From assembly GCA_030390025.1 (NCBI GenBank), contig CM059432.1:47060001-47124000 (forward strand): 64,000 nt of DNA, read 5' to 3'. The translations under genes were made by a program, and so were the position numbers. Under the pieces are notes generated by a model. The model was given only the letters and a program-made list of their open reading frames with translations. It made no database searches and was not told the origin of the DNA. The stretch comes from Squalus acanthias (Eukaryota). Of this stretch, positions 49,001 to 60,040 are shown in pieces (the stretch's first letter is position 1; the number at the start of each line of letters is the position of its first letter).

Positions 49001-52000
49001 GAAGGCGGCGGACGCGTCTGCCGTCCATTCGACCGTCATCTTGCCGCTCCTGCCCCGGAGGGCTTCATACAGGGGCCTCATGAGGGACGCCGCTTTGGGG
49101 ATGAAGCGGTTATAGAAATTCACCATCCCGAGGAACTCCTGGAGGCCTTTGATGGTGGTGGGGCAGGGAAATTGTTGGACGGCCTGCACCTTGGTGGGCA
49201 GTGGAATGGCCCCAGCATGGGTGATGTGGTGGCCGAGGAAGTCGATCTTGTCCAGGCCGAACTGGCATTTGGCTGGGCTGAGGATGAGCCTGTGGTCGCT
49301 GAGGCGCCCGAACAGGATGCGAAGGTGTTCAAGGTGTTCCTGCTTGGAGGAACTGGCTACCAGGATGTCGTCCAGGTAGACGAACAGGAACTTCAGGTCC
49401 CGAAGGACCGAGTCCATGAGCCGTTGGAATGCCTGGGCCGCGTTTTTGAGGCCGAAGGGCATCCGCAGGAACTCGAACAGGCCGAAGGGGGTGATTACGG
49501 CCGTCTTGGGGACGTCCGCGGGGTGGACGGGGACTTGGTGGTAGCCGCACACCAGGTCGACCTTGGAAAAGACTGAGCGGCCGGCCAGTCTAGCCGAGAA
49601 GTCCTGAATGTGCGGCACGGGGTACCGATCAGGGGTGGTGGCGTCGTTGAGGCGGCGGTAATCCCCGCAGGGGCGCCAACCCCCACCTGGTTTGGGGGCG
49701 ATGTGGAGTGGGGAGGCCCAGGGACTGTTGGAGCAGCGGATGATGCCGAGCTGTTCCATGGTGGCAAACTCGGTCCGCGCGATCTCCAGTTTGGCCGGGT
49801 CCAGCCTGCGGGCATGGGCGTACACTGGGGGGCCTGTGGTGGGGATGAAGTGTTCCACCCCGTGTTTGGCGGCCTCCGCGGAGAAGGTCGGATTGGTAAG
49901 GGCCGGGAATTCGGCCAGGAGTGCCGAGTAGTCATCCGTGGCCCGGGCGTGGCACTGTGACGCCATGTCGGCGGGTTGACGGGGGGCCATGGCGCCTAGG
50001 ATGGGGGACATGGTGTTCATGTCCACGAGGCGGTGACGAGGGATGTCTACCAGTAGGCCGTGGGCGCACAGGAAATCTGCGCCAATGAGAGGGGAGAGCA
50101 CCCTGGCAGTGATGAACTCCCATCGGTAGCGGCGACCAGCGAGGTCGAGGGTGACTGTCCGGGTGCCGTACGTCCGGATTTCCGAGCCGTTAGCAGCAGC
50201 CAGCGCCAGTCCTCGTTCGCCCTTTTGGATGTCGAGGGAGGAGGCCGGGATGATGCTGTGCTGAGCTCCAGTGTTGCACAGGAACCGGCGGCCGGTTTTG
50301 TCATCCGTGACGTACAGCAGGGAGCCCGCGTGGCCCACAGCCATCGCGGGGGCTGGTACGGGGGCGGACTTGAAAGAGCAGGGAGGTGTGCACCGTTGTG
50401 CCCTGGCGCCGAACCGTGCGTGGTAGTCACAGTGGCCCGGGTTAGTGGGGCGCAAAGGCCCCGTGGGCTTGGTGGCTGGTCCTTGTGGCCGCGTGGTGGC
50501 CGGTGAGGGGCGCGCCCAGGCATTGGCTGCCAGGTCCGGAGTGACGTCGCGGCTGGAGTGAGCGGACAGCAGCTTGTCGGCCTCATCGTCCAGGGCTTCC
50601 AGATTCGTGAGGCCGGACGCCACGATCGCTGGGCGGATGCTGAGAGGGAGCTGGCGGATTAAAAGCGTGCGGAAGAGGGATCCGGGTGGGCTCTTGTCGG
50701 TGAGGGAGAGCATGTGGGAGAGAGGTCTGACAGTGAGGCATCACCGAGGCCTGGAAGGTCGAGGAGGTGGCAGTTTCGCTGATATGCCGAGGCCGTAAAT
50801 TTTTTAAGGAGCGCTGCCTTGAGATGTGCATACTTGCCTTCCTCTGGTGGGTTCTGCAGCGCTGTCCAAACCTTCGAAACTGTGGCGCTACCGAGTGATG
50901 TGACGAGGTAGTCGTACTGCGTCCCATCTGTGGTGTTTCGCAGCCAGAAGCGGGATTCAGCTTGGAGAAACCAGGCTTCGGGCTGGTTTTCCCAAAACTC
51001 CGGCAGTTTCACAGAAACTGCGTTCGTGTCCGCCATTGCAGTGCTCGGAATACGTTCTGAGCATCGGGGTCACCAATGTTGAGGCTGCCGCGAAACACAA
51101 ATTAAGACTGAATCCATGTGTGGGAAAACAAAGGCTTTTTAATACCACTGCATGGTCCAAAAAGGCTGAAAACTGCTCCCAGAATTCTCTGGAAAATTCC
51201 TGAGGCCCCGCCCACTCCTTTTCTCCTGCCTTAAAGGCAAGGTGCCTTAAAGGCAAGGTGCTCGATATATTGTCCACGGATGAAAAGTGGATTATGCCCG
51301 TTTAGGTGGCGATCCGCCACACTATGCCTTTTAAATGAACTTTTGCTTGTAGCTAATCCCCTAGTAACTGTGGATGCCCAATATATAGGCATGTTTATGA
51401 TCTGGCACTGTACTGATGTAATGGCCAAAAAATGGCACTGAAAGTGTTATGATGTCACTCATCATTTGAACATATTAATGAAGCTCTGGCCTAGCTCCAC
51501 CCCTTTTTCTATCACAATACGATCTTTGAACTGGCACACAAGCGACTTAATGAGTTATGTGGCATAGTTGGCTAACACATTATCCTGGCATTCTGTCCTG
51601 TCCAGACTGTTGGGATTAAAGATTCCTACCGTAACCGTCATATAACTTGGGCAATCTCAGCTCAGTTTCTAAGTGTGAGTTGATCCACAGCAACTGTTAT
51701 GCGCATTCAAACAATGCACATAATTTGGCAGAAATTGACTATGACTTAGAGATCCCACAAAGATCGTTATTGTGAGAAAAGGAATAAAACCATATATTCA
51801 CAGTAAAGGTTGTTCTTTTGAGGTTGGCTGCAAGGCAGATTCCTGGGAAGAGTTGAGTAAGTATACTCTGCTTCTAAAACTGCTCTGTGCTGATGTGGGT
51901 ACCAAAAGCATTCTATTTCCAGCAGTGACATTCATCACTTTGAGGACCAACAAAACCAAATTGAAAATATAACTTTTTGTTGATAAGCCGTACATGATTT

Positions 52001-52777
52001 ATTGTTAATGCTGAAGAAATGCAGTGCTCCAGAGAAATTAGGTTACTCCCTGCAGTGAAATGATCAAACTTAAACGTGTCGGTCCTTGGTGAAATATGCA
52101 TCAGCTTCCAGCTCTAGACTGTGGCATTTGTCGCAGTTGGTTAACTTTGGACAGCAATTATAAGCGACAAGGTAATATCGGCAATAATCTTTTCTTTTCG
52201 GTGTCTAAAGGTTCTGTGCTTTTTGCCAAGAGAATCTGAAATTAACTATTATAAATAACCTGTTATACACTGCATCCTGTGTTACTGGTTTTTAACAAGC
52301 ATGTTTTGTTCTTAGGTGAAATCATAATAGACAATATAATTTTTTGGCCTAGATAAGAACTAGTTTCAGTGGTCTCAGGTAAACAGCCCACTGTTGCAAG
52401 GTGGAGAGTATGCCAAAGTCCACGCGACAATGAAACAAGGTTTCACATAGTCAGTAACTCCTGTATCAATATAACTTTAGTAAATCATGCACATAGGCAG
52501 CACCCACACCTGGGAAGAACAGCATAGGGATGGGAGGAATTGTCGGTAGCAACCCTAGAGTTCTATCCATAATTCAGTAAACAAGAAAGAAGTAACATTT
52601 TCCAGGTATTTATAGATTTAGTGCTGTCTAAAAGCCACTAAAATGCTTATCTTATTGGACTTTAATCAATATTGTATTGCCATGTCTCTCCAGGAGTGTG
52701 ACCAAGAGATGATATATGAAATGCTGCTCAAGCTGAAGTCAGTTGTATATTTGCCTGGTGATTTTGTATGTAAGAAG
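19029..52777 (+). CDS. CNGB3: Cyclic nucleotide-gated channel beta subunit (CNGB3-like), partial multi-exon gene: 19029-19093, 23123-23245, [25169-25310 or 33242-33383], 45131-45290, 45381-45478, 52694-52777
   Basis: Manual splicing at AG/GT sites gives one open frame: [45 protein letters not shown]...[21 protein letters not shown]...[17 protein letters not shown]...[35 protein letters not shown]. Exon sizes 65/123/142/160/98/84 match human CNGB3 exons 9-14 as recalled. [20 protein letters not shown] and KVDLFK favour CNGB3 over CNGB1. Flanking exons were not found in the window. Confidence 0.9.
20215..21172 (+). mobile_element. CR1 LINE 3' fragment
   Basis: [43 protein letters not shown]; tail TATGTTCTTATG. 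Confidence 0.9.
21560..21730. repeat. Degenerate tandem repeat, about 34-40 bp unit
   Basis: Repeated core ctcccc(c)a(g/a)ta(c/t)tgagtgaca, about 5 copies. Confidence 0.6.
21747..21913. mobile_element. hAT-type MITE (167 bp)
   Basis: TIR CAGTGTTCCCTGTAAGCTGC / GCAGCTTAAAGGGAACATTG; 8-bp TSD GTTCTAAC/GTGCTAAC. Confidence 0.8.
22150..22885. mobile_element. MITE-like repeat, related to 44072-45092
   Basis: Shared blocks gcagccagccagattgagag, atccagcagtcctcgcc, cttcccacccgaccca and end AAATTTACCCCC. Confidence 0.65.
23123..23245 (+). CDS. CNGB3: CNGB3-like exon (exon 10 equivalent, S5 and turret)
   Basis: tttacag|AGTTGC...AAACAG|gtaaaa; 123 nt; [40 protein letters not shown]. Confidence 0.93.
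23848..24699. mobile_element. Harbinger-like MITE with internal palindromes
   Basis: Ends GGGGGCGATTTT / AAAATCATCCCT flanked by CAG..CAG. Confidence 0.65.
25169..25310 (+). CDS. CNGB3: Duplicated, divergent pore-helix/filter/S6 exon (candidate mutually exclusive alternative exon)
   Basis: Long pyrimidine tract ...ttttttag|CTACAT...GGTCAG|gtatac; 142 nt, phase 2 to 0, open; [47 protein letters not shown] aligns without gaps to the canonical pore exon (22/47 identical). Confidence 0.8.
25830..26770 (-). mobile_element. Degraded LINE RT/3' fragment (6160 family)
   Basis: Reverse complement of tail (tttattgcccatccctagttgccctga) and RT remnants (gccttgatgtcaagagcag). Confidence 0.75.
27310..27972 (+). 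mobile_element. L2 LINE 3' fragment
   Basis: ctccagactcaactattccaatgct (SRLxYSNA), tacattggctc (LHWL), aaaattctc; tail taaaggtgctatataaatgcaa. Confidence 0.75.
28906..32750. mobile_element. Degraded Harbinger with nested LTR
   Basis: Ends GGGCTAAAAGTT / AATTTTTAGGCC; acidic transposase tail at 31340-31500 (+); Myb remnant 31830-32280 (-). Confidence 0.65.
29097..30936 (-). mobile_element. Probable solo LTR or deleted LTR element (1.84 kb)
   Basis: TGTA...TACA termini, 4-bp TSD GACT both sides, AATAAA on minus strand near 29248, no coding homology recognised. Confidence 0.65.
32780..33118 (+). mobile_element. tRNA-derived Deu-domain SINE (SacSINE1/AmnSINE-like), degraded
   Basis: tggctcagttggtagcactc head; gtggatgtaaaacatcccatgacactattt core; L2-like tail gaaaggcactctgtaaatgcaag. 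Confidence 0.7.
33242..33383 (+). CDS. CNGB3: CNGB3-like canonical pore/S6 exon (exon 11 equivalent)
   Basis: ttctccag|GTACCT...GGTCAG|gtaaat; 142 nt; [47 protein letters not shown]. Confidence 0.95.
34360..37112 (+). mobile_element. CR1 LINE ORF2, frameshifted
   Basis: [58 protein letters not shown]; tail (ATTCTATG)n. Confidence 0.92.
37470..38505 (-). mobile_element. 5' part of the tRNA-headed LINE (second copy)
   Basis: Head GTAGCGTAGTGGTAATG...GAGTTCAAATCCCACC at about 38410-38503, then [25 protein letters not shown] and [10 protein letters not shown]. Confidence 0.85.
38530..41222. mobile_element. Harbinger remnant: transposase (+, to 39239) and Myb gene (-, about 41220-39447)
   Basis: [57 protein letters not shown]. 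Confidence 0.85.
41502..41651. mobile_element. 150-bp MITE (Harbinger/Tourist-like)
   Basis: About 38-bp TIRs GGGGATCATTTTGATTTTGGGCAATGGTG / CACCATTGCCCAAAGTCAAAATTATCCCC; TSD ATT. Confidence 0.8.
41719..43915 (-). mobile_element. CR1 LINE 3' half, split by a MITE
   Basis: [37 protein letters not shown]; tail (ATTCTATG)n. Confidence 0.92.
42329..43020. mobile_element. GC-rich Harbinger MITE
   Basis: GGTAGAAAAATTGGG...CCGAACTTTTCCCCC with TSD TAT; interrupts CR1 cleanly. Confidence 0.82.
44072..45092. mobile_element. MITE-like repeat (22150 family)
   Basis: GGCCTGAATTTTAATC...GTTAAAATTCCCCCC; G-rich low-complexity centre. Confidence 0.65.
45131..45290 (+). CDS. CNGB3: CNGB3-like exon (exon 12 equivalent, C-linker)
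   Basis: ttttcag|ATGCGT...TGCTGG|gtatgt; 160 nt; [53 protein letters not shown]. Confidence 0.94.
45381..45478 (+). CDS. CNGB3: CNGB3-like exon (exon 13 equivalent, C-linker)
   Basis: ctttcag|ATGCAT...TTTAAG|gtatgt; 98 nt; [33 protein letters not shown]; preceded by a 90-nt intron. Confidence 0.93.
46993..51321 (-). mobile_element. Full-length Ty3/Gypsy LTR retrotransposon, CsRn1-like
   Basis: LTRs 46993-47222 and 51077-51321 (TG..CA), TSD CTAT, PBS TGGTGACCCCGA (tRNA-Trp), PPT GGATTCTGGGGGGAGCTG, gag-PR-RT-RH-IN order. Confidence 0.95.
47243..51036 (-). pseudogene. gag-pol polyprotein, frame break near 50715, protease DTG changed to NTG
   Basis: [72 protein letters not shown]. Confidence 0.88.
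52694..52777 (+). CDS. CNGB3: CNGB3-like exon (exon 14 equivalent, start of CNBD)
   Basis: ctctccag|GAGTGT...AAGAAG|gtaatc; 84 nt; [28 protein letters not shown]. Confidence 0.94.
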
Positions 52778-52856
52778 GTAATCTTTGTTTTTCTCCTGTT
52801 CATATAGTAAATTGATTGCACCCAAATGTGCCTAATTAAATTCAGTTGGGCTTATA

Positions 52857-53561
52857 GGGCTAGAAATTGCATAGCGTCCCGTTTGAGGCGATAACTTTTG
52901 CAGGAGTGCAAAAGTATCGCCGGGCGCTACACAATTGAATCCGACGTGAACTTCCGGTTTAGCGCTCCAGGAGAGAAGTGGAGCGCTAAATCAAGCGCTA
53001 TCACTTCCCTTGGAGCGCTAAACGGAGCAAGAGGGGCGGTAGCGGCAGAGCGCTGCACGGGACATTGTGCCGGATTCACAGGCTCCTTCCCTCCCTTAAA
53101 GGAAGGACCATTGCTGAGGTCATTTCAAGTTAAGGCTGGGAATGGTCGGCGACGGCACCTGCAATCCGCGAAGAGCAGCCCCAAGCACTCTCAGAGAATG
53201 GAGGGATGGAAAAAATTCAAAAAACAGCACACTGGGGTGATAATAAAATTTGGGGCGACCTGACCACCACTGCCTTTAATTAGCATTCCCTGAGCGGCCA
53301 CCCGAGGTGACAACGCCTCCTGCAGCTGCTGTTGTTGACGCCCGGCGATGCTGCAGGGGGCGGAAGCGAATTTCAGATCCGGGGCGATAACGGGGCGCTG
53401 CGTGCCAGATGATGTCACAATCACCGGGGTGCTAGGGACCGAGGGGCTAAGTCTTAGCGCCAGCACAAAAGCAGCAGGGAATTTCGCCGCGCCCGGTTGC
53501 GCCCCATTATCGCCTCCCGGAGGCGCTAACGGGAGGCACTAAGGAGGCCAGTTTCTCCCCC
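52857..53561. mobile_element. Harbinger MITE
   Basis: GGGCTAGAAATTG...CAGTTTCTCCCCC, TSD ATA; shares ggagcgctaaatca and ggcgctaacgggaggc motifs with related elements. Confidence 0.8.
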
Positions 53562-54257
53562 ATAGTTCACTCACAGGTAGCATTATATGTTCAGAATTAG
53601 CACGGAAGTCAAATTATAAATATCTTGAAAAACAGTAAGGCTTCCGAGTCTAACATTACAAAAATGTTTGATAATTAGATGTAAATGCAGAAACTTGAGA
53701 ATTTGATTACATTATAGGCATGAATTAGAGAAATGGAAAGACTGTCAGAAGCTTTCACTAATAAGGCAGATAATCATTGCAAACCATAATTATACATTAC
53801 TAGAAAATTGGACTTAATGTATAATTTCACAAGCAGCAAAAAATAATTCAAGCTTTCAAATAATCTTTCTATTTATTATTTAGAATGTAAATTAGATCTT
53901 TTTGTTTATCTCATTTTTTATTGTTGTGTTTGTTATTTTCACTCCCAGACCTGTGTACGGAAGTTGTGGTCGCCTTTCATCTCTGGAATCTGAACTTATA
54001 TTTTTAGTTATTTTACTTGTTATGATCTCTTGTTAGATAAAAATGTTTCTTTGTTTGTGGATAATTATGATAAAACAGTTGATAAAAGCTGAACTACAGC
54101 TGTTTGTCCCAAAACTCTTCCGGGAAAATCTTTTTTGATTCAAGGAAGCACATGAGTGACGTATTATTTCAGTCATGATAGCATCACATAAAACGATGCA
54201 TTTTAATTATGTTTATATTCTCATGCCACGTGTTTCCAAACAAACAAAACAGTGTCA

Positions 54258-54690
54258 CCTGTGGCTCAGTGATCGCACTCTGGTCTCTGAGTCAGAAGGT
54301 TGTTGACTCAAGTCCCATTTCAGAGGCTTAACCATGTAATCTAGGCTGACGCTTCAGTACCCAAGTGCTGCCCTGTTGGAGGTGCTGTTTTTCAGATGAG
54401 ATGTTAAACTGAGGCTCCATCTGCCCTCTCAGGTGGATGTAAAAGATTCCACGTCACTATTCAAAGAGTTCTTCCAGTATCCTGGCCAATATTTATCCCT
54501 CAACCAACACCTTAAACAGATGATCTGGTCATTAATTTCATTGCTTTAGTGGGACCTTGCTGCGTGCAAATTGGCTGCAACGTTTCCTACATTACAACGG
54601 TGAGTACACTTTAAAAGTACTTCATTGGTTGTAAAGCGCTGTAGTATGTCCTGAGGTCATGAAAGGCACTATATAAAATCAAGTCGTTCA
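54258..54690 (+). mobile_element. Deu-domain SINE (SacSINE1-like)
   Basis: gtggctcagtg...ctgagtcagaaggttg head; cagatgagatgttaaactgagg...ggtggatgtaaaagat core; L2-like tail. Confidence 0.8.
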
Positions 54691-54989
54691 TTCAGATTTG
54701 CTAGTTTGTCATGTAGTACCCCTTTAATTGAATTATTTTACTGAACAGTCCCATAATCCTAAATGTTGCAAAGCGTATATTTATAGTTATGAGTTTCTTT
54801 CAGTCATCCCTTTTTCAAAAGGCATCTTATGTAGGACTTTTTCTCTTGTGACATCATGAACTTCTGTCCCCTTATCCCTTGATGATATCTCTGGAGCCAA
54901 ATTTTATGATGTCACAGAAGAAGGAATTCCATAAAAAAGACATGCTCCCAGACTGCCTCTACCCTGCAATTCTGAAGTGTACAACAGAA

Positions 54990-56360
54990 TAACAAGGGGT
55001 GGCTCAGAGGTGATACGAACATACGAAAAGGATGGGTAAAGAACATCTAATCCATCAAGCCTGCCCCATTCAGACATGGTGCAGCCACAAATACCATTGA
55101 CCCACTCCCCAATCACACAATCTCTTGGGAGAGACAAAAAAAACTCTGGCCAACTTCGGAAAAAGTCTGGGAAATTCATCCTGACAGCAGAGTTGTCACC
55201 AGGACAATGACTCTGTGAAAAGAAATGCTTCCTAACATCTAACCTAACTCTTTGTCTATGTATTTTATATGCCTGCTGTCTAGTTCTCCCATTCCTATAC
55301 TTCTCAAATATCCTATCCACCTGAATTAAATCTAATCCTTTCATCATGTTAGAAACCTAAATCATATCTCCTTTAAGCCTGTGCTTCTCTAATTAAATTA
55401 ATTTACCTGGATGAGTGCAGCTCCAACAACACTCAAGAAGCTCGACACCATCCAGGACAAAGCAGCCCACTTGATTGGCACCTCATCCATCACCTTAAAC
55501 ATTCACTCCCTCCACCACCAGCATACCGTGGCTGCAGTGTGTACCATCTACAAGATGCACTGCAGCAACTCACCAAGGCTTCTTCGGCAGCACTTCCCAA
55601 ACCCGCGTCCTCTACCACCTAGAAGGACAAGGGCAGCAGGCGCATGGGAACACCACCACATGCAAGTTCCCCTCCAAGTCACACACCATCCTGACTTGGA
55701 AATATATCGCCGTTCCTTCATCGTCGCTGGGTCAAAATCCTGGAACTCCCTCCCTAACAGCACTGTGGGAGAACCTTCGCCACAAAGACTGCAGTGGTTC
55801 AAGAAGGCAGCTCAACACCACCTTCTCAAGGGCAATTAAGATGAGCAATAAATGCTGGCCATTGCCAGCGATGCCCACATCCCAGGGAAACAAATAACAA
55901 AAAATTAAAATAGCCCGAACACATCAAGTTAGGAGCCCAAAGACTTGGTATCATTTTGGTTGCCCTCCTCTGTACCTTCTCTAAGGCCTTGATAAACCTG
56001 CCACGTGTGTGAACATTAGACAAATTACTCCAATGTGGCCATACCAGGGCCTAATACAGCTTAAATGGATTATGATTACTTTTAAGATCATAAGAACATA
56101 AGAAATAGGAGCAGGAGTAGGCCGTACGGCCCCTCGAGCCTGCTACGCTATTCAGTAAGATCATGACTGAACTTTTAAATCAACTTGATTTCCTGCCCTA
56201 TCCCCATATCCCTTGATCCCCTCAGTGTCCAAAATACTGTACTCAACGACTGAGCATCCACAGCCCTCTGGGGTAGAGAATTCAAAAGATTCACAACACT
56301 CTGAGTGAAGAAATTTCTCCTCATCTCAGTCCTAACTGGCTGACTCCTTATCCTGATAGT
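54990..56360 (-). mobile_element. CR1 fragments (-) with a nested LINE 3' end (55405-55890, +)
   Basis: [35 protein letters not shown]; nested WMSAAPTTLKKLDTIQD...HHLLKGN. Confidence 0.75.
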
Positions 56361-56365
56361 ATTAC

Positions 56366-57100
56366 CAATGTTCCCTGTAAGGTGCGCGGCCACAGAGCGA
56401 TAGGTAAGGTCCCGCGCACTTAAATTCACAGGCCTCGCAGTGAGCTGGACAGCTGGAGCGGGGTAGAGGCCAATACCCAACGAGCGGGAAAAAGTCATAG
56501 CGATGAGAGAATGGCCCGGGAACCCTCACAGGGAGAGTCATTTGGGACCTCACAGAGCCGATCCAAATTGGAATGGCGTTTGCTAACATACGGAGCCCTG
56601 CAATCCGGCGAGCGTTGTCTCGGATAGCCGTTGACTAATAACAGCCGCAGGACCCACAATTCTCTGCAACTCAGCAACCGCTCTATCCACGGCGCTGATT
56701 TCCCCGCAGAGAGTGCGCATGCTCCCCAGGGCTGCGGTGCATTCTCAAAGGAGAGAAACAGAGTCGGACTCGGTGGGCACCGGGTGAAAAAAACCAGGAA
56801 TTGGCAGGTAGGATGGGGGAGGCGCTAGAGCAGCGATTTAATGGTGCCGGGGCCCTCACCGCACATCCGCCGGGCCTGGCGACTCTGGTTCGGGGCCTGA
56901 GACATGCACTCGGTGTGGCTGAGACCTGCGCTCGCCCACGCTCAGTTTCCTGGGCCTGCTCCTCCCATACTCTGCGCAGGAAGGCAGTCTCTGGCCGCAC
57001 TTTGGAACAACACACTGCGGGAGCGGTTTTTTATCGGAGACTGTTGAGGACCTCAGTGTGCGCAGCGAGCAGGAAAGTGAATAAGTTATATTTTTATTAT
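56366..57100. mobile_element. hAT-like transposon end (GC-rich)
   Basis: Starts CAATGTTCCCTGTAAGGTGCG, like the TIR of 21747-21913; other end not found. Confidence 0.5.
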
Positions 57101-57561
57101 CTTGTATTTGGAATATTTTTACTTTAAGGTTAACTTTTTTTTAAATAAATTATCCCAATCTCTAGACAGCGAGTGTCTTGGTGAACCTCTTCAGGGAAAT
57201 CTTTTTTTATATTTCACGTTTCAATTCATGCGGTGTAATGCAGACAAAGGTGAGATTTGGATGTGTAACCCAAGGAGATGGTCCTGAACTGGAAATGTTG
57301 ATGTGAATGAGTGTCTGATGAAAGCTGAGCAATAGCAAGGTGGAAGGGGAAGCAAAGCACTTTTTAATCTACAAGCACTTTTGCTCCCATGGAAAGTGGT
57401 TTTGGGTGTACTTCAATGAAAAAGTGGTGGTATAACCTAAGAGATAATTGAGGGTACTAAAGGTGTGAGGCATGAGTCTTGGACGGGTTTATGTTTGCAC
57501 TGAGTGCACGTTAACTCCAGCTTTAGTTTCTCACCACCTCCCCACAAATGTTGGAAACAAA

Positions 57562-59240
57562 GGGCTGGATTTTATCAACCTTGGCAGGTCCGTGGTGGGC
57601 GACGTTGGTGGCGAGTCCCAGCCTCGTTGCCGGCTCCAGCCTGCTGTCCAAGTGACCTTACGCTGATTGGGCTTGTTAAGCCCGCCCAGCGCATTTCCCC
57701 TTCAATTGAAGGAAGTGGGTCTGATGACGTCACTTGATGACGCGTCATTAGCCGGTTTCCTTAAAGGGACCATGCGCAAATTAATTTTGACAGTTGTGCT
57801 GTCAGTGTTCCACAGCATTGAGGTGCTGCAAACACTGACAAGCACTGCACAAAGGTGCATGGCTGCACCCAGTCACTCCCATGACTCCCTCCATATGCTT
57901 ATGGAGGGAGTCACAGCACGCAGGGAGGTCCTCTTCCCTTCCAATGGGCGGAAGAGACCTCCCCAGGAGACCAACGCAGCCTGGTTGCACATTGCACAGG
58001 AGGACACAAGCAGGGATGTCTTCAGGAGAACCAGGCTGCAGTGGCACAAACCTTTCAATGATCTCAGTAGATCACGAAACGTTACTGCAAAGCCACACTC
58101 AACCTCATCCTGCTGTGCCACTCATCACATCCCCATCACTCTGCCTACCCTACCCTACTCCTGCACATCCTTACTCACAACAACTTACCTTGCACCTCCA
58201 CCCATCCCTCTCTATCTACATTATCACTTCTCCATCTCACTAGCCAACCCTCACACTCACCCTCATCCTAGTGCAATCATACCAACTAACAACACACAAG
58301 GGTAGGCACTTGAGTGTTTTAGTCAATGTTCATGTGAAGTTTCTGTTAATGTGCTGTCAAACATTGAAATCTTTATTTTCAACACTTTGCGTTCTTGGCC
58401 AGATTTCTGTGAATCTTTGGAAGTGGCTTAGTGAGTTGCAGTGAATGGTGAGACATAACGGTACCCCCCACAATGGTGATGAGTGTGAAAGGAATGGCTT
58501 GGGCATTGTAGGGATGCTTTATGCTGTTGGTGTGGGGTGGTGCCAACCTGGCGCATCATGTGGCAGCCAGGGTATACAGCGTCTAGTGAAGTAAATCTGG
58601 CCTATGGTGAGGCCACCCCTGGCCTCCCAGACAGCAATGTGGTCGGGTGCTGATGTCCTCTGTCCTGTGCAGCATCAGTTGATTGTGAAGAAGGCTGGTG
58701 TTGTTGTTGGTGCTGCTGGTGTGCCTGGTGCTGCTGGTTTTGGGGTTGATCGTGACGGGATTCTGAGGACCAAGTGAGATAGTTTCAAGGGCACCGATGC
58801 TGATGTAATAGATGGCAGGTGAACTTGAGATGACAGAAGCGATCTGTCAATGGTGAGGGAGGTTGTTCGAACGAGGTGATACTGGATAGAGAGTTTACTC
58901 CAAACACTTGCAACCTGCATAAAGCTCAACCTGTCTTCAAAATGCAATAAGCAACAGCTTCTGAGCTTGGAAAGTGAACAGCTGTGGGATGGGAGCTTTT
59001 ATTGCACATTTGCAGCTGTCAAGTAATGAGGTGTTCCAATGGTCATACAACTCCTGACCGGCTTACCTGACATGATCCCCGAGCAGCATGGACCCCGTGG
59101 GTGACCTCATAAAATGTAAAGGTGAGCACAAAATTCTTCTTAATGTGTTGTTAACAAGGTCATAATGACCTAAATTGCCTCCCCCGCCACTGTGTGTCGG
59201 GTCTGTTCAGCACTGACAGACCCGACATCTGGGAAAGGTG
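57562..59240. mobile_element. Non-autonomous Harbinger, second copy of 16599-18376
   Basis: GGGCTGGATTTT start; colinear with 16599-18270; truncated by the RTE insertion. Confidence 0.85.
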
Positions 59241-59242
59241 TG

Positions 59243-60040
59243 TCTTCTTCTTAGGCAGTCCCTCGGAAACGAGGATGACTTGCTTCCACACTAAAAATGA
59301 GTTCTTAGGTGACTGATGAGTCCAATGCGGGGACCTACAGTCTTTGTCACAGGTGGGGCAGACGGTGGTTGAAGGGGCGGGTGGGTGGGGTTCTTGGGTT
59401 GACGTGCGCTCCTTCCGTTGTTTGCGCTTGGCTTTCGCTTGCTCGCGGCGAAGAGACTCGAGGTGTTCGGCGCCTTCCCGGATGCTTCTCCTCCACTTTG
59501 TGCGGTCTTGGGCCAGGGATTCCCAGGTGTCGGTGGGGATGTTGCACTTTTTCAAGGAGGCTTTGAGGGTGTCCTTGAAGCATTTCCTCTGCCCACCTGG
59601 GGCTCTCTTGCCGTGTCGGAGCTCCGAGTAGAGCGCTTGCTTTGGGAGTCTCGTATCGGGCATGCGGACGATGTGGCCCGTCCATCGGAGCATGGTCAAA
59701 GCTTCGATGCTGGGGATGTTGGCCTGAGTGAGAACACTGACGTTGGTGCGCCTAATCTGCCAATGGATTTGCAGGATCTTTCAGAGGCAGCGTTGGTGGT
59801 ACCTCTCCAGTGCTTTGAGGTGCCTGCTGTACATGGTCCATGTCTCTGAAGCATACAGGAGGGCAGGGTATCACCAATGCTCTGTAGACCATGAGCTTGG
59901 TGCTGGGTTTGAGGTCCTGGTCTTCAAACACTCTCTTCCTCAGGTGACCGAAGGCTGCACTGGCACAGAGAAGGCGGTGTTGGACTTCGTCATCGACGTC
60001 TGCCCTTGTTGACAGTAGGCTCCGAGGTATGGAAAGTGGG
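59243..60040 (-). mobile_element. RTE-clade LINE 3' fragment
   Basis: LRWTGHIVRMPDTRLPKQALYSEL..GKRAPGGQRK.FKDTLK, CPTC finger, tail GGACTGCCT(AAG)n. Confidence 0.88.

Noticed and set aside
47557..50798. Many plus-strand ORFs over the Gypsy element
   Set aside because: Antisense shadows of GC-rich pol with no recognisable motifs.
57238..57290. DKGEIWMC, resembling the next CNGB3 exon (GEIGKEMY)
   Set aside because: No pyrimidine tract, similarity ends after GEI, and a stop follows; the real exon is probably beyond the window.
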